NCBI GenBank assembly: GCA_021741845.1
Contig: JAIOWY010000002.1
Coordinates: 1 to 36,308 of the forward strand
Origin: Candidatus Nanopelagicales bacterium
GTDB taxonomy: Bacteria > Actinomycetota > Actinomycetes > S36-B12
Direction: 5' to 3'
DNA length: 36,308 nt
Program-made: the position numbers and the translations under genes
In this document: positions 1-8,642 of the stretch, piece after piece
Layout: every line of letters begins with the position of its first letter
Position numbering within the stretch: the first letter of the stretch is position 1
The notes under the pieces: generated by a model
What the model was told of the DNA's origin: nothing
Database searches by the model: none
What the model saw: the letters and a program-made list of their open reading frames with translations, nothing else

Positions 1-1
1 G

Positions 2-493
2 GTGGATCTTGGTCGCAATGATTTAGGTCGGGTGTGTGAGCCTGGCAGTGTGAAGGTGCTGGACTTCATGCACGTCGGGCGCTATTCGCATGTGATGCAC
101 CTCGTGTCTACCGTTACCGGGAGATTGCAGGAATCACTGTCGTCACTTGACGCGTTGCAGGCAACGTTTCCGGCTGGAACATTGTCCGGTGCACCCAAGC
201 CCCGCGCCATGCAGATTATTGAGGAATTGGAGGATAGTCGGCGAGGTCTTTATGGTGGCTGTGTTGGCTATTGCGATTTCGCCGGGAATATGGACATGGC
301 TATTGCAATCCGAACTGCACTCTTGAAAGACCACATGGCACACGTCCAAGCAGGTGCGGGCATAGTGGCGGATTCCAATCCTGAGTCCGAAAGCACCGAA
401 TGTGTGAATAAGGCCATGGCAGTGTTGCGGGCGATTGCGCTGGCGCAGTCTCTCGCTGAACCCGGACTCAACGGCCAGTTATCTGAATCGTGA
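2..493 (+). CDS. trpE: Anthranilate synthase component I, C-terminal part (5' end lies outside the window)
   Basis: ORF is open to the window edge. Chorismate-utilising enzyme motifs [29 protein letters not shown] and [14 protein letters not shown] are present. Other trp-cluster genes follow it. Confidence 0.9.
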   Translation: MDLGRNDLGRVCEPGSVKVLDFMHVGRYSHVMHLVSTVTGRLQESLSSLDALQATFPAGTLSGAPKPRAMQIIEELEDSRRGLYGGCVGYCDFAGNMDMAIAIRTALLKDHMAHVQAGAGIVADSNPESESTECVNKAMAVLRAIALAQSLAEPGLNGQLSES

Positions 494-502
494 CGAATCC
501 GA

Positions 503-1072
503 TTGCCCTCGGGAATTGCTGTTTCCATGGATAAATCTGATCATCCACCTCGCGCGCGCGCGTTCTACCGCGCGTTTATTCTGTCCCAGGCTCTGCTGAG
601 CATTGGCCTGCTCTGGGTTAGTAACACCACCTGGGAGACGGCGTTGGTTGATCCACTCACCGAATCGGTGGGCACGCGTGTCACGTTGACGGGCACAGAC
701 GTGGACCCCATGATCGGGCTTAGTGCAATCGTTTCACTGATAGCGCTGCTCGGTGTCATTGCGACTGGTCCCTGGGGACGCCGCCTGATCGGCGTAGCTG
801 CAGCCACGATCGCGGTCGTAGCCGTCATCTCTGTTATCAGGATTCCTGAAGCGGGTTCCGTTCGTTTATGGATCCTGGTCGTTGTGGTGGGAAACCTCGG
901 TTTAGTGGGTACCAACCTGTGGGCCGTCACCCAAGCGAGTCGCTGGCCCGTGCTTGGTCGTCAATATGACCGGACTAGACCGGTCGAGGCCACGACGGAT
1001 CCGTGGACCGCTCTCGATCACGGCATCGATCCCACTGACGACTACGGCGGGGCTTCCACGCCGAGTAAATGA
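503..1072 (+). CDS. Trp-operon-associated integral membrane protein (Rv1610/TIGR02234-like), function unknown
   Basis: It lies directly after trpE, as in other actinobacteria. It has several hydrophobic helices (LLSIGLLWV, LIALLGVIATGPW, IGVAAATIAVVAVISVI, LWILVVVVGNLGLVG) and a C-terminal W..ALDHGIDPTDD tail that I recall as typical of this family. The start is uncertain: TTG 503 or ATG 527. Confidence 0.7.
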   Translation: MPSGIAVSMDKSDHPPRARAFYRAFILSQALLSIGLLWVSNTTWETALVDPLTESVGTRVTLTGTDVDPMIGLSAIVSLIALLGVIATGPWGRRLIGVAAATIAVVAVISVIRIPEAGSVRLWILVVVVGNLGLVGTNLWAVTQASRWPVLGRQYDRTRPVEATTDPWTALDHGIDPTDDYGGASTPSK

Positions 1073-1317
1073 CGGATACATGCTTAGATAGCACCATGAC
1101 AACACAACAACACCAGGAATTAGTTCACGCAGATCACGGATCAACGCCCGCTGCCTGGACAGCTGTCGTCATTATTACCCTCGCGTTTGTCCTGGGGACC
1201 CTGTCAGTCATTTGGGGCAATTGGGTCCTGTTCTGGTTTTCTGCCGGGTTGGCCGTGCTCGGAGCGGTTGTCGGCAAGGTCATGTCCATGATGGGCTTTG
1301 GAAAGAAAGCGCAGTAA
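1069..1317 (+). CDS. HGxxPAAW-family small membrane protein (two predicted TM helices)
   Basis: The literal motif HGSTPAAW is followed by two hydrophobic helices. ATGA start/stop overlap with the preceding gene (1069-1072). An alternative in-frame ATG lies at 1096. Confidence 0.72.
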   Translation: MTDTCLDSTMTTQQHQELVHADHGSTPAAWTAVVIITLAFVLGTLSVIWGNWVLFWFSAGLAVLGAVVGKVMSMMGFGKKAQ

Positions 1318-1359
1318 TCGGGCCACCGGTCACTAGCCTCGTGTCCGGCACATAGTGTC

Positions 1360-2043
1360 ATGAATATTTTGGTCGTCGAGGACGAGTCCGCTATCGCGGA
1401 TCTCATTGAACTGTATTTATCCCGCGAAGGGTTTTCTGTCACCGTCGTAGCTGACGGACAGGCTGGCTTAGAGCAAGCTCGATCGGGGAATTTTGATCTC
1501 TTGATACTTGATGTTGGGCTACCGCACGTTGATGGAACGGAGATTTGTCGTTTCCTTCGGGCAGAAGACAACTGGACGCCCATCATTTTTTGTACGGCCC
1601 GAGACGACGAAGTTGATCGCGTCTACGGTTTGGAATTAGGGGCTGACGACTACATAACGAAACCCTTTAGCCCGCGGGAACTGGTCGCACGCGTTAAATC
1701 GATTGTGCGCCGTTCAAAGCAGCATGAGAACTCAGCTCGAATCGTGGATGTGGGGCCGGTGCGCATTGATACCGCGTCCCGGAGGTGTTGGAATGGCGGC
1801 GTACCGGTTCAACTGACAGCCATGGAGTTCGATGTCCTGGCTTATCTATTCACTCAACCGGGAACAGTGGTCAGTCGCGAGGAGTTATTGGGCCATGTCT
1901 GGGGCTATTCCGAGAGCCTGGGCACTCGGACGGTAGATGTCCACATTGCCCAATTACGTGCCAAGTTAGGTGAGAACGCCCCGATTAGGACAGTTCGCGG
2001 CGTCGGTTACGCGGCCGAGCCGATTGGGCTGGAACCAGCGTGA
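1360..2043 (+). CDS. OmpR/PhoB-family response regulator (receiver plus winged-helix DNA-binding domain)
   Basis: Receiver features: VVEDE acidic pocket, phospho-acceptor context LLILDVGLP, ITKPF lysine. C-terminal winged helix: LTAMEFDVLAYL and RTVDVHIAQLRAKL...IRTVRGVGY. Confidence 0.92.
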   Translation: MNILVVEDESAIADLIELYLSREGFSVTVVADGQAGLEQARSGNFDLLILDVGLPHVDGTEICRFLRAEDNWTPIIFCTARDDEVDRVYGLELGADDYITKPFSPRELVARVKSIVRRSKQHENSARIVDVGPVRIDTASRRCWNGGVPVQLTAMEFDVLAYLFTQPGTVVSREELLGHVWGYSESLGTRTVDVHIAQLRAKLGENAPIRTVRGVGYAAEPIGLEPA

Positions 2044-3437
2044 GCCCCGTGAGGCGATACAGCATTGTCACGCCGACGGTCCTATTGACCAGCGCGATTG
2101 CTGCAATTGCGATTGTGATCGGCGCACTGGTTTCCTATCCACTCATTCTTGCTAGTTCACAAAGTGCAGGACAAAAAAACCTAGCTCAATTGGCCAACGT
2201 CACGGCGAACTCCTTGGAGCGGGGTGCTGATAGCCGTGGACTAGGGGCGAACTTGGTCGCGACTCTTCAACGGGAATCCATTACCGCCTACCTATTTAGC
2301 GCATCCGCCAACTCTGGCACGGTGTTTGAAGATTTGCCCCTAGGTTTCTCCCAGGACATGGCTTCTACCTTGGTTTCAGGAACAGCGATTTCCGAGCGCG
2401 TTGGAACAGACAGTGGTGATTACTTATTTGAAGGACGGCCGTTAAGTATCGGTGGAGCGGTCTTGCTGGTTCAGCCGGTTTCTGTAGCCGGTGCTAGCGC
2501 GGGAGAAGTCCTCTCTCGTCTAGCGCTGTCCTTGGCTATCGGGCTCATCATTGCTATTCCCATTGGATTTTTTGCCGCCCGTCGACTCGCCCGGCCCCTG
2601 CGAAATGCCAGTGCAGCTGCTCGCGATATGGCTCAAGGGGACCGCGGGATTGAGGTGCGCGCTGAAGGCCCGCGCGAAGTGTCAGACATTGCTATCGCGC
2701 TCAATGCCCTCGATCACGCACTGGCGACTTCGGAGGGGCGCCAGCGCGAATTCCTCCTCTCGGTGTCCCATGAATTGCGCACTCCGCTGACAGCTATCAA
2801 GGGATACGGGGAAGCACTTGCCGATAACGTGATGCCGGCTGACCACGTGGTGGCTGCTGGTTTAGTTATTGCCCGTGAGGCGCAGCGCTTGGATCGCTTG
2901 GTGCACGATCTCTTGGATCTAGCCCGACTTGGTGCCGTCGATTTTGCTATTCACCCCACCATGGTGGATTTAGCTGTTTTTGGGACCGAGGTATGTGAGG
3001 TCTGGTCCTATCGCTGCGCGGAGGCGGAGGTGAACTTTGACTGTGACATCCAAGCATCGGGGGAATTTCGAGGTGATGCAGTGCGACTGCGCCAGATCAT
3101 CGACAATCTCGCGGAGAATGCACTGCGGGTAACGCCGGTTCAGGGGCGGATTTCGTTTTCCCTCGAAGTAACCCCGGTGGGAACCGGTGAGCAGAACCAC
3201 AGGGCAGTGCGGATTTACCTCGCCGACACCGGGCCCGGTCTCAACGCGGACGATCTCGCCGTGGCATTCATGCCCGGAGCACTCTACGAACGTTATCGAG
3301 GAGTGCGCCCTGTTGGTACGGGACTGGGGCTTGCACTCGTTGATCGTCTGGCCCGGGGATTAGGTGGAGCAGCACACGTGACCAGCGAGCCAGATGTCGG
3401 TACGTCGTTCACAGTTGACATTCCGGAGGCGCCGTGA
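2040..3437 (+). CDS. Membrane sensor histidine kinase (2 TM, extracytoplasmic loop, HAMP, HisKA, HATPase_c)
   Basis: GTGA overlap with the response regulator gene. TM1 is near residues 12-35 and TM2 near 160-180. Also present: a HAMP-like segment, H-box SVSHELRTPLTAIKGY, N-box IIDNLAENALR, G1 DTGPGL and G2 GTGLGLALV. Confidence 0.92.
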   Translation: MSPVRRYSIVTPTVLLTSAIAAIAIVIGALVSYPLILASSQSAGQKNLAQLANVTANSLERGADSRGLGANLVATLQRESITAYLFSASANSGTVFEDLPLGFSQDMASTLVSGTAISERVGTDSGDYLFEGRPLSIGGAVLLVQPVSVAGASAGEVLSRLALSLAIGLIIAIPIGFFAARRLARPLRNASAAARDMAQGDRGIEVRAEGPREVSDIAIALNALDHALATSEGRQREFLLSVSHELRTPLTAIKGYGEALADNVMPADHVVAAGLVIAREAQRLDRLVHDLLDLARLGAVDFAIHPTMVDLAVFGTEVCEVWSYRCAEAEVNFDCDIQASGEFRGDAVRLRQIIDNLAENALRVTPVQGRISFSLEVTPVGTGEQNHRAVRIYLADTGPGLNADDLAVAFMPGALYERYRGVRPVGTGLGLALVDRLARGLGGAAHVTSEPDVGTSFTVDIPEAP

Positions 3438-3850
3438 CGGTTGACCTCAGCAGCTTGATTCGTTCCCCTGTTCTGCTCGCACCGAGTGCCATTGGCGCCG
3501 CCTGCTGCTTGCTTGTCGTTGTTGATCCCGCCACGGGTATTTATCCACCGTGTCCCAGTCAAGTATTGCTGGGAGTGGATTGCCCCGCGTGTGGTGGACT
3601 TCGCGCCACGCGCGCTCTGTTGCATGGTGATCTCGTGTCATTTGCCGATCACAATCTGCTGTTGGTCGTTGTTTTCCCGCTCCTCGTAGCGTGGTGGGTT
3701 GTTGCAGCGCTACGGACTGCCGGGAAGGCTCCTGCTGTCTCGCTGTCGCGAAAGCAGCAACGAATTGCTGTTGGAGTTGGTGTAGCCGTCCTTGCCGTTT
3801 TCACCCTGATTCGAAATTTTGTGCCCTATCTGGGTTCCGGGATCGGCTGA
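3434..3850 (+). CDS. DUF2752-like small membrane protein
   Basis: GTGA overlap with the kinase gene. Cys motif [21 protein letters not shown] is followed by hydrophobic helices, as in DUF2752 proteins. Confidence 0.72.
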   Translation: MTVDLSSLIRSPVLLAPSAIGAACCLLVVVDPATGIYPPCPSQVLLGVDCPACGGLRATRALLHGDLVSFADHNLLLVVVFPLLVAWWVVAALRTAGKAPAVSLSRKQQRIAVGVGVAVLAVFTLIRNFVPYLGSGIG

Positions 3851-3878
3851 ATTCGAGGCGGGGGATACCCTTGCCAGC

Positions 3879-4691
3879 GTGACTGTCCTTGACGACATTA
3901 TTAGCGGGGTCCGTGAGGATCTCGCCGAAAGAATGGCGCAGACGCCTCTCGAGGACATCAAACTCAAGGCCTCCAGGGTTCGGGAGGCGCAAGACGTCAT
4001 CAGCATTCTCCGCGGTGAAGATGTGTGTGTCATTGCGGAGGTTAAGCGATCCAGCCCCAGCAAAGGTGCACTCGCTGATATCCCAGATCCCGCGCACTTG
4101 GCCAGCGAGTATGAAGCCGGCGGTGCCCACTGTGTCAGCGTGTTGACGGAGGGGCGTCGATTCGGTGGCAGTCTCGCTGATCTCGCTGCCGTGCGAGCGG
4201 CGATCGATATACCTGTCTTAAGAAAAGACTTTGTCATTAGTAGCTACCAGCTGTGGGAAGCAAAGGCATATGGAGCCGACATGGTTCTCCTCATTGTCGC
4301 TGCCCTGGATCAACCGGCTCTCGTGTCACTCGTTGAACGCACCCATAGCCTGGGGCTTACCCCGTTGGTTGAGGTTCATGACGAACACGAGATTGATAGA
4401 GCACTCGATGCTGGCGCTGTGGTTATCGGCGTGAATTCACGTGATCTCAAAACTCTCGAAGTCGACAGAAACACATTTGCCCGCGTTGCGGACAGGATTC
4501 CAACCTCCTGTGTTCGAATTGCCGAGTCCGGGGTTAGAGACCATCATGACCTCATGGCGTACGCAGATGCAGGTGCTGATGCAGTATTAGTGGGCGAGTC
4601 TTTGGTCACGGGCGGAAACCCCCGGGCAGCGGTACATGAACTGGTGACCGCCGGAGCTCATCCGTCCTGCCGTTCGCGTGGCCGCTCATGA
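3879..4691 (+). CDS. trpC: Indole-3-glycerol-phosphate synthase
   Basis: Motifs [32 protein letters not shown]. The N-terminus [14 protein letters not shown] and C-terminus [10 protein letters not shown] resemble mycobacterial TrpC as I recall it. I chose GTG 3879; the track ORF starts at TTG 3819 and would overlap the upstream gene. Confidence 0.9.
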   Translation: MTVLDDIISGVREDLAERMAQTPLEDIKLKASRVREAQDVISILRGEDVCVIAEVKRSSPSKGALADIPDPAHLASEYEAGGAHCVSVLTEGRRFGGSLADLAAVRAAIDIPVLRKDFVISSYQLWEAKAYGADMVLLIVAALDQPALVSLVERTHSLGLTPLVEVHDEHEIDRALDAGAVVIGVNSRDLKTLEVDRNTFARVADRIPTSCVRIAESGVRDHHDLMAYADAGADAVLVGESLVTGGNPRAAVHELVTAGAHPSCRSRGRS

Positions 4692-5944
4692 CAACAGCCA
4701 AGGATCATGTGGTCAGCGTGTCTACTTCGAATGCTCCTGGGCATTTTGGTCCCTATGGTGGTCGATTCGTCCCCGAGGCACTGACCACTGCCCTTGATGA
4801 ACTTGATGCTGCATTCAGAGTTGCCATAGCGGAACCGGAGTTCCTCTCCCAATTAGCAAACCTAGAGCGCGACTACACCGGCAGGCCGTCACCCTTGACC
4901 CGCGCTGAAAGATTCGCCGAATACTGCAACGGCGCGCGTGTTTATCTGAAAAGAGAAGATCTCAATCACACGGGATCGCACAAAATCAATAACGTACTGG
5001 GCCAAGCATTGCTCACCAAACGAATGGGTAAAACGCGGGTCATTGCGGAAACAGGTGCGGGACAACACGGAGTGGCCACCGCGACAGCCGCTGCGCTCTT
5101 AGGTTTGGAATGCGCGGTGTACATGGGGGAGGAAGACACCCGACGCCAAGCGCTGAATGTCGCCCGCATGAAACTCCTCGGTGCCGAGGTCATTCCTGTC
5201 ACCACCGGAAGTCGAACACTCAAGGACGCCATCAATGAGGCCATGCGCGACTGGGTCTCCACCGTAGATCAAACGCATTACGTCCTGGGAACGGTGACCG
5301 GTCCTGCACCGTTCCCTGAAATGGTGCGCTTTTTCCACTCTGTCATTGGCCGTGAAGCGCGAGAGCAAATCTTGGCCGTGGAGGGGCGCCTCCCCGACGC
5401 TGTTGCGGCATGTGTTGGAGGTGGATCTAATGCCATGGGTTTGTTTAGCGCTTTTGTTGACGACCCAGAGGTACAACTCCGTGGCTACGAAGCAGGTGGC
5501 GACGGTGTTGAAACAGGAAGACACGCATCGCGCTTTTCGGCAGGGTCACCCGGTGTATTACACGGAGCCAGAACGTATGTGATGCAGGATTCGTGGGGCC
5601 AAACAATTCCGTCTCACTCCATTAGTGCGGGATTGGATTACCCAGGTGTCGGCCCAGAGCACGCTTGGCTGCATGACACGGGACGCGCGATCTACGAACC
5701 CGTCAATGACGCTGGAGCCATGACGGCGTTCTCGCTGCTCTCACGCACCGAAGGAATAATTCCGGCGATTGAAACAGCACACGGGCTCGCTGGAGCCATG
5801 CGCTTGGGTGCAGAACTAGGTCCTGATTCCGTTATCGTGGTCAATCTGTCCGGTCGTGGTGATAAAGATGTAGCCACGGCGGCGAGATGGTTTGGCATTG
5901 ATCTGGGGGAAGTTGTTTCTGCGGAATTATCAGAAGGCAGATAA
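4688..5944 (+). CDS. trpB: Tryptophan synthase beta chain
   Basis: Motifs [16 protein letters not shown]-lysine motif [21 protein letters not shown] overlap with trpC. Confidence 0.96.
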   Translation: MTTAKDHVVSVSTSNAPGHFGPYGGRFVPEALTTALDELDAAFRVAIAEPEFLSQLANLERDYTGRPSPLTRAERFAEYCNGARVYLKREDLNHTGSHKINNVLGQALLTKRMGKTRVIAETGAGQHGVATATAAALLGLECAVYMGEEDTRRQALNVARMKLLGAEVIPVTTGSRTLKDAINEAMRDWVSTVDQTHYVLGTVTGPAPFPEMVRFFHSVIGREAREQILAVEGRLPDAVAACVGGGSNAMGLFSAFVDDPEVQLRGYEAGGDGVETGRHASRFSAGSPGVLHGARTYVMQDSWGQTIPSHSISAGLDYPGVGPEHAWLHDTGRAIYEPVNDAGAMTAFSLLSRTEGIIPAIETAHGLAGAMRLGAELGPDSVIVVNLSGRGDKDVATAARWFGIDLGEVVSAELSEGR

Positions 5945-5949
5945 TCGCA

Positions 5950-6756
5950 ATGTCGACAGTTTCATCGGAGTCTCGGGTTGCATCGGCATTTAGCGCTGCC
6001 CGGTCGGAGGATCGAGCACTTCTCATTGGCTATCTGCCCGCCGGATACCCCAGCGTGACCGACTCCATTGACATCATGCTGGCCATGATCGACAACGGCG
6101 TAGACCTGATCGAGGTGGGTTTGCCCTACTCAGATCCGTTAATGGATGGCCCGGTCATTCAAGACGCGGTGAGCATGGCCCTCGAACTCGGTGCCACCAC
6201 TGATTCAGTCCTCGAGGTTGTCTCCGCCATCACCGCCCACGGCGGCACGTCCGTGGTTATGAGTTATTGGAATCCCATTGAACGGTATGGCGTTGATCGT
6301 TTTGCCCACCAGTTATCGGCTCGTGGGGGTTCTGGTCTGATCACACCGGATTTGACGATCGAGGAGGCGCAGCCGTGGTTGGATTCGGCGGCTTCCTACG
6401 GGCTCGACCCCATTTTCCTTGTGGCCCCGTCATCTACTGATCAACGCATTGCTGCGATCGCTGGACACACGCGTGGGTTTATTTATGCCGCTTCAACCAT
6501 GGGAGTGACCGGTGCGCGTGACCAGGTGAGTTCCATGGCGCCGGAACTAGTAGCGCGAGTCCGTCAGCACACGGATCTGCCGGTCGCGGTTGGGCTGGGT
6601 GTCTCCACAGGTGACCAAGCAGCGGCCATTTCGGGGTACGCGGACGGTGTCATTGTGGGCTCAGCATTCGTGCGAGCTGCTCAATCGGGGGGCGCCGCAG
6701 CGGTGGGGGAATTAGCAGCGGATCTTGCCCGAGGTGTGCGAAAAGGCAGTCACTAG
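5950..6756 (+). CDS. trpA: Tryptophan synthase alpha chain
   Basis: Motifs IEVGLPYSDPLMDGPVIQ and GFIYAAS.MGVTG. It starts 5 nt after trpB. Confidence 0.95.
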   Translation: MSTVSSESRVASAFSAARSEDRALLIGYLPAGYPSVTDSIDIMLAMIDNGVDLIEVGLPYSDPLMDGPVIQDAVSMALELGATTDSVLEVVSAITAHGGTSVVMSYWNPIERYGVDRFAHQLSARGGSGLITPDLTIEEAQPWLDSAASYGLDPIFLVAPSSTDQRIAAIAGHTRGFIYAASTMGVTGARDQVSSMAPELVARVRQHTDLPVAVGLGVSTGDQAAAISGYADGVIVGSAFVRAAQSGGAAAVGELAADLARGVRKGSH

Positions 6757-6849
6757 ATCCGCAGACAGCACCCCGATGCACCCTGACGTACTATCTCGTT
6801 AGATGTAACCGCAGATGTCATTACGTGAACACCCGACTGGAGACTGAAC

Positions 6850-7650
6850 ATGAGCCAGAACGCCAAAAGCCGTCGTGAACGAGCCGCCGAGGCCCGTGGG
6901 GCAGCACAATCTGCCGAGAAGAAGCGTGAGCGACTTGTCCGCATTGTGGGCGGTGCCACGGTCGTTGCGGTCATGGCAGCCATCATTGGGGTTGCGGTCT
7001 ACGCATCCAGCAATAGTGATTCCACCTCGGCCAACAGCCTCGCCGGGATTGTCGATCCTGATCCCGAGGCGGCAACTCCAGCAACCGTCTTCGGTGCTGA
7101 TGCGCCGATCCCCTTCGGTGTGCCCTACGGCACAGCCACAGCCGACGCTCCAGTTTTGGAATTATGGGAAGACTTTCAGTGCCCCGCCTGCGGTTCACTG
7201 GAGGTGGCCAACGGTGCCGGTATTGAACAACTTGCTGAAGAAGGGAAAGTACAGCTGGTGTACCGCCCAACGGCGTTCCTCGACGGAAATCTTGGCAACG
7301 ACTCGTCCCATCGTGCCATTGCGGCATGGGGTTGCGCGATCGATGCGGGTGCCCTCAATGAATTTCATCAGCAGGTATATGCCAATCAACCCGTCGAAGA
7401 AGGCATGGGATGGACAGACGATGAACTAATCGCCTTCGGTTCCACATCTGGTCTGGACGGATCCGAATTAGAAACATTCACCCAGTGTGTGAACGACGGA
7501 ACGTACCTCGCCTGGGCGGCTAATGCGACGGAGCAGTTTTATCTCAATCAGATTCCGGGAACCCCATCAGGTTTCCTCAATGGTGAGGTTCTGGGCACGG
7601 AGATCCTGGCGGACCAGATCAAATTAACCGAAGCGGTCGAGTCCAAGTAG
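6850..7650 (+). CDS. Membrane-anchored DsbA-family thiol:disulfide oxidoreductase
   Basis: N-terminal basic segment plus one TM helix (VVAVMAAIIGVAVYA). Thioredoxin-fold active site WEDFQCPACG. cis-Pro loop IPGTPSGF. GGAG-type SD lies upstream of ATG 6850. It occupies the same trpA-to-lgt position as in Streptomyces, as far as I recall. Confidence 0.8.
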   Translation: MSQNAKSRRERAAEARGAAQSAEKKRERLVRIVGGATVVAVMAAIIGVAVYASSNSDSTSANSLAGIVDPDPEAATPATVFGADAPIPFGVPYGTATADAPVLELWEDFQCPACGSLEVANGAGIEQLAEEGKVQLVYRPTAFLDGNLGNDSSHRAIAAWGCAIDAGALNEFHQQVYANQPVEEGMGWTDDELIAFGSTSGLDGSELETFTQCVNDGTYLAWAANATEQFYLNQIPGTPSGFLNGEVLGTEILADQIKLTEAVESK

Positions 7651-7655
7651 TTCCC

Positions 7656-8528
7656 ATGATGGTTGCCTCCATTCCGAGTCCGGAAACAAGTGTCTGGAAC
7701 CTCGGTCCTATTCCATTACGTGCCTACGCCCTTTTGATTGTGCTGGGAATTGTTGTTGCCATTTGGTTGGGCAATAAGCGATATATCGCGCGCGGAGGAC
7801 AACCAGGAGTCATTCTTGATATTGCCATTTGGGCGGTGCCATTTGGCATAATCGGTGGTCGGCTGTACCACGTGATCAGTGATTGGCAGTTGTATTTCAG
7901 CGCTAATGGGCCTGGATTGGCGGGCGCAGTTCGGATTTGGGACGGCGGCTTGGGTATCTGGGGTGCGGTCGCCCTGGGTGCAGTGGGCGCATGGATAGGT
8001 GCTCGACGACTAGGTGTGGCACTGCCGCCGGTCGGCGACGCTATTGCCCCCGGCATCGCCCTCGCGCAAGCGATTGGGCGCCTCGGTAACTATTTCAATC
8101 AGGAATTATTCGGCGCTCCGAGTGATCTGCCGTGGGCACTGGAAATTTCCCCGGAAAATCGACCTGAGGGGTATGCCGACGTCCTCACTTTTCACCCCAC
8201 CTTTCTCTATGAAGCCCTGTGGCTCATTGGTGTAGCGCTGGTGGTGATCTGGGCGGATAAGCGATTCACCATGGGTCATGGCCGAGCGTTCGCGCTCTAC
8301 GTGTTGCTCTATACCGTGGGTCGCGGGTGGATTGAGGCGCTGAGAATTGATAACGCCAATGAAATTCTGGGACTGCGATTGAACCTGTGGACATCTGTCC
8401 TGGTTGGTCTCGGTGCCCTGGCCTACATTGTCATTTCGAGCCGTGTCCGACCGGGCCGGGAGGTCATTTCTCCGGCGCCTGCGCCGACAGGCGAGGGTAC
8501 GGAGAGCGACCCAGCCTCCATCCGGTAG
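7656..8528 (+). CDS. lgt: Phosphatidylglycerol:prolipoprotein diacylglyceryl transferase
   Basis: Polytopic membrane protein with Lgt signatures GGRLYH and GRLGNYFNQELFG. Confidence 0.92.
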   Translation: MMVASIPSPETSVWNLGPIPLRAYALLIVLGIVVAIWLGNKRYIARGGQPGVILDIAIWAVPFGIIGGRLYHVISDWQLYFSANGPGLAGAVRIWDGGLGIWGAVALGAVGAWIGARRLGVALPPVGDAIAPGIALAQAIGRLGNYFNQELFGAPSDLPWALEISPENRPEGYADVLTFHPTFLYEALWLIGVALVVIWADKRFTMGHGRAFALYVLLYTVGRGWIEALRIDNANEILGLRLNLWTSVLVGLGALAYIVISSRVRPGREVISPAPAPTGEGTESDPASIR

Positions 8529-8642
8529 TCTGCTCGGGCATCACCACCGTACGGGCCAACGTCGTCCCGTGTGTCAACTTCACCGCTCTGTCGGCAGCAG
8601 CCTGCCCCAAGGGAAGTGGCATGACGACAAAAGGAGGCCCCC

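Noticed and set aside
1318-1359. Looked for a promoter or terminator between the HGxxPAAW gene and the response regulator (TAGCCT at 1334-1339, TAGTGT at 1353-1358).
   Set aside because: TAGTGT is only 1 nt from the ATG, too close for a leaderless start. TAGCCT would give a short leader without an SD. No stable hairpin is present. The evidence is too weak to annotate.
3819-3878. Upstream TTG start for trpC that overlaps the DUF2752 gene end.
   Set aside because: TrpC homology begins at [11 protein letters not shown] (GTG 3879). The extra 20 residues have no counterpart in the TrpC proteins I recall.
3710-4237. 175-aa minus-strand ORF opposite DUF2752/trpC. Similar long antisense ORFs occur at 1134-1586, 8423-8884, 14178-14748, 17161-17706, 20887-21357, 21684-22208 and 23202-23720.
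   Set aside because: Each lies entirely inside a + strand gene that carries strong family motifs. Their products are Ser/Arg/Pro/Ala-rich and low in complexity, which is typical of shadow ORFs in GC-rich DNA. None has a start/SD context or a recognisable domain.
6754-6815. Direct repeat TAGAT..CCGCAGA at 6754-6765 and 6800-6815, plus an imperfect inverted pair TGACGTA / TACGTGA, in the trpA-dsbA gap.
   Set aside because: The matches are short (7 to 12 nt) and imperfect, and could arise by chance. No known operator consensus was recognised. The region may contain a promoter, for example TACTAT at 6789-6794, but I cannot support a call.
6875-7429. 184-aa + strand ORF in an alternative frame inside the DsbA-like gene.
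   Set aside because: The 6850 frame carries the TM anchor, the CPAC active site and the cis-Pro loop. The alternative frame gives a Pro/Arg/Ser-rich product with no motifs.
8593-8606. Small hairpin GGCAG-CAGC-CTGCC after lgt, considered as a possible terminator. I also scanned 8529-8642 for GlnR/AmtR-type nitrogen boxes upstream of gltB.
   Set aside because: The stem is only 5 bp with no U-tract. I could not find a convincing match to the nitrogen-regulator box consensus sequences that I remember. This is not enough to call a feature.
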